64,000 nt of DNA from the human T2T-CHM13v2.0 reference genome, Homo sapiens: NCBI RefSeq assembly GCF_009914755.1, contig NC_060930.1; one strand, written 5' to 3'. Each line of letters begins with the position of its first letter. The stretch's first letter is position 1. Under the pieces are notes generated by a model that did no database searches, was not told the origin of the DNA, and saw only the letters and a program-made list of their open reading frames with translations. Made by a program: the position numbers and the translations under genes. Positions 14,131 to 26,800 of this stretch are shown here, piece after piece.

Positions 14131-15307
14131 GTGTAAACAATAAATTTTAAAGCTGATAAAAATAATATATGGTGTTTTCCTCCCTAGGAATTGGTGAAAA
14201 ATGTCTATACAAAATATCCCAGGGCTTCCCTTAATTTCTAAAGCAGACATTCTTGGGACTAAAACACAAGCCAATCAAGAAACCATATGTTGACAGTATA
14301 AGAATGTGAAGAAACTTTTCTGTTGGTAGAAAATTCCACCCCTATGGAAGACAAAAAAAAAAGTGTTTAAGTAGAGTTAAGGGGGAAAAAAAAGCCCCGG
14401 TGAGTTTAATAAGCACCATTATTGCTGAGAAATCTAAAAGGGTGATAATATGAATCACAAAAGAAGTACAATAGGGCAGCTCTTTGAAATTTGTTTTTCA
14501 CACATCTAGTGTAAAAACAACGGCTCTTGCAAGAAAGGTCAATCCACCCACATGTTAATCTCCAATCAAACAGCACTTCGAGAATCCAAATGTGATTGCA
14601 AATCTCTCACATGCCAAGATGAAGGGGTTTTTCATTTCAATCTATCTATTACTACCAGCATTTTATATTCATTATGGTCAGGGGTTGAAGGGCACATTAG
14701 GTACTTGGCTGGTGCTGAATTCCAGCACTTCCCTCATTATACTAGAATAGAATTAACATATGAACACACACACAACTATGCTATGGTAACATGAAGTGTC
14801 TGACTTAACCTCACCCAAGTAATGAGATTCCGATGTAAGGCTTCCTCTCCAACCTTATTTCATCCCCCTGAAACCATTGCAGGGGGGCTCCTCAGCATGT
14901 CACAGCTCGCCGCATGTGCCCTAATAACAAGGTGCACCAGGAGGAGTGAAGAGCAAAGTTCAATTAGCAGAGTCTGTCCTTGCTTTTGTAAGTTTAGGTG
15001 AAACCCTGAAACTTCCTTTATCAACACATGTGATTGTGTCTTCATTTTCTTTTTTAACATAGTTCAGGTACTTTATTTGTAATTATCAAATATAATACAT
15101 AAGGAGAAGTGCCTAAAACAAATGTACACCTTGATGAGCTACTGACATGCACAGCAACATAACTGGCACTCATGGCAAGACATACTATAAGAGAGTCCCA
15201 GACTTGCCACTTCTTCGATATAAATGCCTCCCTTCCTGCAGCTGTAACCAGTATCCCTGAAATATCTATTGGCTTCCTGGCTTTCTTTAAGATTTTATAT
15301 ATAATTC

Positions 15308-15603
15308 GCTGGGCGCCGTGGCTCACGCCTGTAATCCCAGCACTTTGGGAGGCTGAGGCGGGCAGATCACGAGGTCAGGAGATGGAGACCATTCTGGCTA
15401 ACACGGTGAAACCTCGTCTCTACTAAATATACAAAAAAATTAGCCGGGCGTGGTGGCGGGCGCCTGTTGTGCCAGCTACTCAGGAGGCTGAGGCAGGAGA
15501 ATGGCGTGAACCCGGAAAGGCGGAGCTAGCAGTGAGCCGAGATCGCGCCACTGCACTCCAACCTGGGCGACAGAGTGAGATTCAGTCTCAAAAGAAAAAA
15601 AAA
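15308..15603 (+). mobile_element. AluY
   Basis: ctggctaacacggtgaaac and agaatggcgtgaacc diagnostics; TSD aagattttatatataatt. Confidence 0.95.
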
Positions 15604-15909
15604 AGATTTTATATATAATTATACATGCCTAAAATATGATTACATTATGTCTGTTTTATTGATGTGATTCCATTTGCATAGGATATATCATGTCTGGCCT
15701 TTTTTTGTTCAATATTATGCCCTTAAGGTAGATCCACATTTCTTGTGTATTTGTAATTTATTCATTTTTATAGTTGCATACTACTCCAAAGCATGAGTAT
15801 GTCATAATTAACTCATGTATTTGATTGTTGATGGGCATTTTGGCTCATTTTAATATATACACATATGCATACACACATATATTTTGGTCCATTGCAACGA
15901 AAATCTTAA

Positions 15910-16259
<350 letters not shown>

Positions 16260-17685
16260 TTATGGTGAACATATACAGAAGAGTGAAATTACTGACTCAT
16301 AGGGTATATGTATGTTTAGCTTTACTAGACACAAGCAAAAATTTTCCTGCGTTTCCATCTCACAAGCAATGCATGAGGGTTCTTGTTGCTTTACCTTCCC
16401 AATAACACTGAGGGTTTTTTTCTTGTATGTTTGTTTTGTTTTGTTTGGAATTTTGTTGCTGGTCTGGCTGGTGACCCTTCCCTTTCTAAGCAGAATAGTT
16501 TGAGGGGAAGGTCTCCTTGGACTTTCTGAACCTCTTAAAACCTGTAATCATTGACCCATTCTAAAGGTCATAAACACTTCCTGTGCACTATTAAAGAAAC
16601 TTAATTTAGAACCTACTGAGGTGATAAACTATATTAATTCCAAATGACCTGCTACAATTTATAATATCTGGAGAAAACCCAATATAAAAAAGACTAAATT
16701 GATCAAAGATCCAATAGACCTACAACTAAGATGACAGAAGAACAAAGCAGGACTTGCTGTGTTGTCTCTAAATCAAATAAATAAACATGGGATTGGAGAA
16801 AAAAACTCAGATCTTATTACTGTGTCAGAGAAAAATTAATCACAAAGAAATATAAATCTGAGAAAAGTAGTATGGGAATTAAATAAAGTAAAAACCTACT
16901 CTCCCTTAATTTCTATATCCTCCTACACATGCACGTACACTCACACACACACATTCACTCACCACCTCCAGCATTAATTAGTGAGTGACTTCTTTCCCTT
17001 GAAATGCTGACGAGTTCCAGCTGAATACACTAAAAAAAGAAAATTGAAAATCATTTGAATATGGGTTTATATTTTTCCAAGAATGTATTTCTGTCATGAC
17101 TGAGTTCCTACATACAGAGCCTTATACAAAATGGGCATTTTCTTCACAAGTTTTCTGCTAAATAGGGATCTACATGAACACCCCAAGGATGTTTACTAAA
17201 CAACTCTTTTGTTTTCTATTTAGAAAATTGACAGGAAATATAAATTTGTGTGGGAAAGCATAGAAAGGACACAGTCAATAGATGCCTCCATAACCCTTAG
17301 CAAAGTGTTTGATTCACTGGCTTTTAAAATCAGGACTATGTCTTTCCTTACCTATGTCTTTTTAGACAGCAGAATTAATCAAAATTTAATTTGTTTTGGA
17401 GATTATTTACTGTTGCATATCTCATCTGTGGCAAAATCCTACAATGCGTAGGTTAGATCAATAGTTAATTGGGAGAGAAAATATCTTGAATTGATCGCTT
17501 TTCTGACATGAACTCATTTACAAACAAAAGGAAGAGATTTTAGGAGGTATTTAATAGACGATGGACCAGTGGGTCACAATTATCGTATTTATCTGAAGAA
17601 ACTTTAAAAAATGCAGATGTCCTAAAAATTCTGATTCAATGGCATTGGCATATCATATGTATTTTTAAGAATGAGAAAACTTGGG

Positions 17686-17998
17686 GCCAGGCACGGTGGC
17701 TCACACCTGTAATCCCAGCACTTTGGGAGGCCAAGGCGGGCGGATCACGAGGTCAGGAGATGGAGACCATCCTGGCTAACATGCTGAAAACCCGTCTCTA
17801 CTAAAAAATAGAAAAAATTAGCCAGGCCTGGTGGTGGGCGCCTGTAGTCCCAGCTACTCGGGAGGCTGAGGCAGGAGAATGGCGTGAACCCAGGAGGGGA
17901 AGCTTTCAGTGACGATCGTACCACTGCACTCCAGCCTGGGCAACAGAGCGAGACTCCGTCTCAGAAAAAAGAAAAAATAAAATAAAATAAAAAATAAG
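17686..17998 (+). mobile_element. AluY
   Basis: accatcctggctaac and agaatggcgtgaacc; TSD aagaatgagaaaacttg. Confidence 0.95.
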
Positions 17999-18066
17999 AA
18001 TGAGAAAACTTGTGACTGTAATAACTCATATACTCCTTGGTGAGTAGATGAGTTCATTAGGTCTTA

Positions 18067-18677
18067 TGTATAGGGCACTGCCCGGTGGCAACAGGATACC
18101 TCTAGAGAGCTGCACTGTGGCCGGGCACAGTGGCTCATGCCTGTAATCCCAGCACATTGGGAGGCCAAGGTGGGTGAATCACCTGAGGTCAGGAGTTTGA
18201 GACCAGCCTGGCCAACATGGTGAAACCCCGCCTCTACTAAAAACACAAAATTCGCTGGGCGTGGTGGCACACGCCTGTAATCCTAGTTACTCGAGAGGCT
18301 GAGGCGGCAGAATTGCTTCAACCTGGGAGGTGAAGATTGCCGTGAGCCAAGATCACACCACTGCACTCCAGCCTGGCAGACGGGACGAGACTCTGCCTAA
18401 AAAAAAAAAGAAAAAAAAAAAGAGTTGCACAGCCTCCCATCTCTAAGCAACTTTAAGTTCATTTTCTGATTCTTTGTCTACTCTGCGTGTGCATGTGTGA
18501 TGAGACCGTTTTCCCTGTTTTCCTTGGTATGTTCCCAGCTATGCCCCGGGATGTTTGGGTTCTCAGGGACACCTGCTCCTGAGCTGGGCACCATGACCTT
18601 GGCTCATGACCCAGCCTTCAAGACACAAGCAGCGGACGTACACCCTTAAGTACCCTGGTGGGGGACCCATCACACCA
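18067..18677 (-). mobile_element. ERV solo LTR (LTR47-like, family uncertain) interrupted by an Alu
   Basis: ggatgtttgggttctcagggacacctgctcct...cacccttaagtaccctggtgggggacccatcacac resembles a recalled ERVL LTR 5' end read in reverse. Confidence 0.55.
18119..18421 (+). mobile_element. AluS (Sx-like)
   Basis: Full dimer; TSD agag(c/t)tgcac. Confidence 0.95.
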
Positions 18678-18691
18678 CCCCCTGGTGGCTC
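18673..18691 (-). promoter_or_regulatory. Candidate CTCF site
   Basis: Reverse complement GCCACCAGGGGGTG matches the CTCF core CCACCAGGGGGCGC. Confidence 0.5.
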
Positions 18692-18725
18692 TGAAGACTA
18701 GTTAATGTTAAGAACAATTGAAATA

Positions 18726-19059
<334 letters not shown>

Positions 19060-21101
19060 TCAAGTAACAAAAGACTGAATCCTTATATTTGTGACATTTT
19101 TAAAGATTATTAACATTAGTGAGTGTATCAAGTTTATGGTGTGGCATGCCCAGGCTGCTCCTTTTACCTCTTCCTTGCCGCCTTCCCACCCGTGGTAATA
19201 AAGAAATATGACAATGACTTTGTCTTTGCACCCTATTTCTTTTCACAAGGGCTACTTTTAGCTAAGCTCATTGTGCGTTTTTTCACGATATGTAAGACTT
19301 TATTTCTGAGAGGTCACTAACAACATTCCACTATGTTCTGGTTGATGATAACTTTGTTCCACATATTGCCATTGTGTCCAAACATTTGTACTTTTTCAAA
19401 TATGAAAGAACCAAAGAACCAAATTGGTCAAAGGTTAGTTTTTTTAAAGCCACAATATTTTTGGTCTACTTTTTTATTTGAAGAAAAGTATTACCATGTG
19501 CTCTATTAACATTGCTCTATGGAACAATTCACAAAAGAAGCAATCAAAACTCCAGATAAAAACCTGTGTATTTTAGCAGCCCTGCAAATTATCAAAATTT
19601 CACTGGGATAATAAGTATTGTTACCAAATGAAGTGAAAGTGGAATCTAAGTTAACACTTTATTCAAAGCAACTGAGACTCAGTGACTCCCCAGACACACA
19701 CTGGCAAGGTTCCAACCCCGACCAAAAATAATGATCCTCAATCCTGCCCATCCCAAACCCCGGTCTACCCCCTCAAAGATGGACAAGGAGATTTCCAATG
19801 CTAAAGCTATAACCATGAGGAAAAAACAAGCCACTAAATTCAAGCTATAAAGTAATTCACTACAATTTTGCATTTTTCCTTTTCAAATAATTAATATAGA
19901 TATTTTGTCTTGTAGCCAAAATGGCATGCTTTCTATTAAAGCAGCACAGGCTAAAACTGTGGTTATTCTAAATAGAAGGCTATAAGGACCAAAGCATCAA
20001 ATGATTGCTGTATATCTGAACTAGAACTTTATGATTAATTCTATAAAAATAATAATTAATCTTCTGAATACCAAATGGCAGACACTACGCAGAATAAGGT
20101 AACACAAGAAACTCAGTGATAACAGATCATTAAGAAGCAATATGGTTTTCTTGAATAATAACAAAATGTTGTTTCCTTCCCTCTAAAAACAAAAAACTAT
20201 TAGCTAAAGCATTACTTGAATGGCCTATTAAAGCCAAATAACTAATAAAAAACATGAGGTTATTATCCTCAATGATTAAAAATCGCCACCCATTATAAAT
20301 ATATCCAGTAATCTGAAATTGCTTAAAAGGAAATCAGATATACACACCATTTCCCCAGGATGAAAGCTGATTTCTTTTTTTTTATTGTCAAAGTGCTTTC
20401 TTTTTTAAAGAAATGTTTCTTTCCCACAATGAATAAATAAACACAAACATTCAGAAATCCTTACAAACAAGTGCAATGATACCCTGTCTTCATAATAAAT
20501 AATGTCAATTTTAAAGAAACAAGACATTCAAGTTTACCAGGTAAAGTCATTCTCATCCCTTCTCTCTGTTCCACACATTAAATATAACCCAAGCCACTGT
20601 AAGTGAAGTGAGGTCAAAAAAACACTCAAGATAAAAATTTGATTCTTGGAATTAGAACATAGACTTGGCTTTCTCTAGTCAAGTAAGAGTGCTAAATGCA
20701 TTGTCCTCCCTGTGGTCAGCAAATTGGAAAAACTTTAATTTTTTTAAAGGTTCATTTGTCATTCTTAAGGGTTGTCTCTTTAATATAGTACTTGAAAACA
20801 AACTTGTCGCACTTTCTTATACTCCTAAAACAATAATAATGTGCTTAAAAAATGATCTTCATATTATTAGAAAATGTTTTTGTTTTTATAACTGTGATTA
20901 TATAAACCAGTACCTGAAAGGTCATTATTTTTTCTAACCCATATAACATAACCAAATATAAGCCTTAGTATTAGCTTTTTACTGTGTAATTATTTTCTTA
21001 AAAAAAAAAACTTTGTGTGAGAGTATGGTAGAACAAAATATAGTAAGAAAATATTTCAGGTATAGAACTAACATATTTTAAATATTTAAATATATAACTG
21101 A

Positions 21102-21105
<4 letters not shown>

Positions 21106-21151
<46 letters not shown>

Positions 21152-21163
21152 CGCGCGCGTGTG
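21106..21163. repeat. (TG)19(CG)8(TG)2 alternating purine-pyrimidine tract
   Basis: Counted directly. Confidence 0.95.
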
Positions 21164-22657
21164 GTGGATAGTCTCAAAGGCTGAAAACATCCAGAAATCT
21201 TGAGTCTAGAATTAACCAAGCACTGGAATTAATAGTGGCCTTAGGACCTTCCGCCAAACCACGATGTCAGGTAACTTCAGTTTTAATGGTCTGTTTTTTC
21301 ACAGAGGTCAGAAGACCAAGCCTACAGTCATTCCCTGTGAACAAGTACAGTGAATTAAGGAAACACACTCACATACACACACACGGTATATGTGATATAG
21401 ATATAGAACTTTGCCTATCTCTTCCTTGACTTGGGATAGAGGGGGAAAGTCTCCATTAAGATTTCAATCATGTAGCATTGGGACTACAATTCATACTATT
21501 TAACCCTAAAACTCTAAGCTGATAATTATTTTTAAATGGTCCTTCATTGGTAGTGGTTCCTAGAACTGAGTAAAACCAAAGGTGAATCTCAATTTAAAGG
21601 AAACACTTTCAACTCAGGCCTAGAAGAATCCTACAATCAAGAGTTAAATTCTCACAGCTAAAAAGAAAACAGTGTATTTGTTATTAGCTCGAGCTGGGAG
21701 GGATAATAAATAACAAATTAGGTCCACAAACCTACAGATACTGGAATAATCAGATAAATAATAAAAAGTAAATTAAATATATTGAATATGTTTAAATAAG
21801 AGGGCATTTAAATTCTTTCAGAAGAAGAGGAGACTAAATGAGGTATATTTGAAATATAACCACATAGATTATATAGAAATGAAATATATAATAATTGAAA
21901 TCAAAACTTTAATAAACTAGTTAAACATCTGGTAAGACAAAGCTGAAGACAAAATCAATGCACTGGAAAGTAGATCTGGGGAAATTACACAATATGAAGT
22001 CCAGAAGGATAAAGGGAAAAAATATATGAAATGAAGGGTTAAAAAAAAAAAAGGTGGGCCATAAATAGAGGTTATCTAATATTCATCAACTGACATGCAT
22101 AAAAGAAATAACAGAAGAATGCGGGAGAGAATATTCAAAGAAATTTGCTAAAGTTTGTTTTAGAATTAAGAAAAAATGCAAGTTTTCAAATTCCCAATAT
22201 ACCCTAAGTAGAATAAATAAATAGAAATCTATCTCTGGACACATTGAAAAACCTGCAGAGCAACAAAGACAGTAAAAAGACCTTAAAAGAAGTCAGAGGT
22301 TAAAAACAAATTTTTTAAAAAATAATTAGGCAGCTGACTTTTCAACAGTAATAACAGAAGCCAGAAAAGAGCAAAATTATATCAAAAAGTGCTACTGAAA
22401 AATGTCAATTTTATAGACAGTAAAATTATGGTGTAGGAATATGGGCACAATACAGGCAACAAATAAGACTTTGAGTCTGTACTATTAACAGAGGCTAAAT
22501 AAAGACATGCATATGTGATTTAATTTAGTAAAAATAAAAATGAGGAAAAAAGTAAAGCCTAAGAGACAAGAAAGAATGGTGAGAAACTCAAGAAAAGAAA
22601 CTAGTGAACATGGGTTAATCTTTAATAAACAACCCTGAATATATAAAACAATATCTT

Positions 22658-22765
22658 TAGCCAAGTGTGGTGGTGCACACCTGTAGTCCCAGCTACCCAG
22701 GCGGCCTGCTGAGGTGGGAGGATAGCTTCAGGCCAGGAGGTCGAGGCTACAGTGAGCCATGTTTG
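22658..22765 (+). mobile_element. Partial Alu right monomer (J-type)
   Basis: tagccaagtgtggtggtgcacacctgtagtcccagctac...gaggtcgaggctacagtgagcc, no tail. Confidence 0.85.
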
Positions 22766-23458
22766 TCAAATAAGAAAGCAGAAAAGTAATGGGAATTCAA
22801 CTATTCTAAAGTCACTACATTGTTGGGCAAGTGAAGAATTAGTTTAAGATTATAAAATTAAAAATTCAGAGTAAGGATTAAAGTCAAAACAAATACTAGA
22901 GTAAAAATAGAATAGAGGATTTACAGTAACACATTTGAAATAAATCCAAATGTATGACTAATCACAGTAAACTTAAATGGACTACACATGTTAAAAGTCA
23001 AGGTGTTTCAGGCTAGATTTTTAAAAATTCAGCCATCAAATATATTTAATATATCTGAATATATGTATTTTAATACATGTATTTTAATTCTAGTATATCT
23101 GAATATATGTATATTCAGATATATTAAAATATATATCACATATAACATATTCAGATATATTAAAATTCAGATATACTGATTCAGTTTACATTAGACAACA
23201 TAAAATATAAAACTAATGTCAGAAATGATATAATTTATGACAAAAAATAATTCTAGAGATAAAGAGAACACAATAGTGTAAAAGGTTAAATTCACCAGAA
23301 AGATATGATAATTTAAGTTTGTATATGCTCAAAATATAATTTCAATATGAAAATTGAATTTCATGAAATTCATGAAATTTGATGAAATTTGAGAGAACTA
23401 CAAAGGTAAACTTACAAATCTGTTTTCATAGTAAGATTTTAAAACATCTTTCTCATTA

Positions 23459-23825
<367 letters not shown>

Positions 23826-24949
23826 AGTAGGAACACAGAACACGATTTGTATCCTCAATATTATAAACTATATTAAATTATTTCTAATAATTGGAAAAAA
23901 CACATTTTCTTAAACCACATGTAGATCATTTGCAAATTATAAAATGTTCTTTTATGAAAATATAATAATTACAAAAATTTATAGTCACAGAAAACTTATT
24001 AAATGCTCATACACTTGAAAAATAAAAATATACTTGTAAGTAACTCAGTGATGTCGGTAATAAAATATTTAGAGAAAAAATTAATGCATTCAATGCCTAC
24101 ATCATGAGTAAGAAAAGACTGAAAAATACTGAACTAAGGCAAAAACTTAGAAATTAAAAAAATAGAATGGCCCCAAATAAAGTAAGTGGAAAATAAAAAA
24201 GAATTAAAACATACAATAGGGGATCAAAAATGCAAAGCTGGCCCTTTCAAAAAGACTATTAAATTCACAAACCTCTGCCAAGTTTGATTAATAGGGACAT
24301 CATACAAATAAACAATATTGTAATGAAATGGGTATATAACTACAGGGGCTTCAACAATTAAAAAAATAGTAAAAGAATATTATCAAGTTTATTCTACCAA
24401 TAAAGTTATAAATTCTTTAAAAAATATATTTTACTTAGCTTGCAAGATGGACTCAAGAAGAAATAGACCACATGAATAGTTTTAAAACTATTAAAGGAAA
24501 AATCTTTTTAAGGTTTGAAGCCTGATTTTATTAGGCAGCTGTGTGATGTTGGTTTAGTTATAAACTTTTATACATAAACAGGGATGGTATTAAGTAACTC
24601 ACAAGTACATTTCAGCTCAAATGTAGGTAATTTATGGAGAAAGTACTTTGTGAAATGTTACTGGTAATATAGTTATAGTTATATGGGCAATAAAAGCAAC
24701 ATGACCTCTGCATTGGGGTAGATTAAGTAACAAGCATGATTCTCCCCTCACTTCCCCTCCACAAATTCAGACACAAGTAACATTAGAGGCAACTTTTAAT
24801 ACATCTAAGGCCTTTGGGATGGATTGGGCATAGGAGGAAACTAGGGGACTACTGGTCTTTTGGGTAGATGTTGGTCTCTTCAGCCTTTAGTAGAATTAGA
24901 TGGGGTAGAGTATTACGATTGTATCTCATTCTTTTTATTTTTCCTTTTC

Positions 24950-25660
24950 TCTTTTTTTTTGACAACTTTTTTCGTTTTTTGACAACTAAAAATTGCATAT
25001 ATTTATCGTGTACAACATTATGCTTTGAAATCTGTATACATTATGGAATGATTAAATCAAGCTAATTAACAAACGCATTACCTCATATACTTATTTTTTT
25101 GTGTGGTGAGAACACTTAAACTATACTCTCAGCAATTTTCAAGAATACAGTTTTCGAGAATGCATTGTTATTAACTATAGTCACCATGTTTCACGATAGA
25201 TCTTTTGAACTTATTCCTCCTGTTTAACTGAAACTTGACACCCTTTGACTAACATTTACCCAGCCCACCCAGCCCCTGACAACCCGCATTCTGCTCTCAA
25301 ATTCTGTGAGTTTAACTTTTTTAGATTCCACATATAAGCGAGATCACATGATATTTTGCCTTTCTTTGCCTAGCTTATTTCACATAACATAACATCCTCC
25401 AGTTTCACCCATGTTGTTGCAAATGATAGAATTTGGGGTTTTTTTGTAAGGCTGAATAGTGTCCTATTGTGTGTATATACCACATTTTCTTTATTCTCCC
25501 ATTGAAGGACCCTTAGATCGATTCCATCTCTTGGCTATTGTGAATAATGCTGCAGTGAACATGGGAGTGCAAATATCTCTACAACGTACTGATTTTATTT
25601 CCTTTGGAATATATCCTGCAGTGGGATTGCCAGATCATATGATAGTCCCATTTTAATTTT
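24950..25660 (-). mobile_element. L1MA (L1MA8/9-like) 3' end
   Basis: aaaattgcatatatttatcgtgtacaacat...gtggtgagaacacttaa...ttggctattgtgaataatgctgca. Confidence 0.85.
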
Positions 25661-25662
25661 AG

Positions 25663-25890
25663 GAAGAAACAGAAGAAAGTAGAATGGTGGTTGCCAGAGG
25701 GACTGGAGGAACAGGAAAAATGGGGAGTTGTTTAATAGGTATAGAATTTCAGTTTTGCAAGATGAAAAAGTTCTGGAGATGGGTTGCACAACAAAGTGGA
25801 CATATTTAACACTACTGAGAGTACACTTAGAAATGGTTAAGATGGTAAATTTTATTGTGTGCTTTTTTGCTGCTACAATACAAAATTTAA
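25663..25890 (+). mobile_element. L1MB/L1MA10-like 3' end
   Basis: agtagaatggtggttgccag...gatgaaaaagttctggagat...aaatggttaagatggtaaatttta. Confidence 0.85.
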
Positions 25891-26056
25891 AATTCCAATT
25901 TTAATTTCTTGAAAAATGTAAATTTCCTTCAACTTCAGAAAATTTATTAATATAATTTACCATATTAAAAATTATAGGAAAAATATGATTAGAGATAGGG
26001 AAAAAAGCGTTTATTAAAATCAATGTTCATGCTTGAGTTTTAAACAGCCTAAACTT

Positions 26057-26273
26057 GAGTTTGAGACCAGCCTGGCCAACATGGTGAAACCCTGTCTCTA
26101 CTAATAATACAAATATGAGCCAGCGTGGTGGCAGGTGCCCTGTAATCCCAGCTACTTGAGAGGCTGAGGCAAGAATCACTTGAACCCGGGAGGCGGAAGT
26201 TTCAGTGAGCCAAGATCGTGCCACTGCACTCCGGCCTGGGCAACAGAGCAAGATTCTGTCTCAAAAAAAAAAA
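26057..26273 (+). mobile_element. 5'-truncated AluS
   Basis: Starts at gagtttgagaccagcc; TSD acagcctaa. Confidence 0.9.
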
Positions 26274-26359
26274 CACAGCCTAAGCTCTTCGTCAAAACTT
26301 ATCTTCATATAGTTACACATACATACGTACTTTACAACAAACATCATACTTAATGGTAA

Positions 26360-26800
<441 letters not shown>

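Noticed and set aside
17100-17570. Possible CR1/L3 remnant
   Set aside because: Only faint motif resemblance (ttagcaaagtgtttga); cannot be supported without an HMM search.
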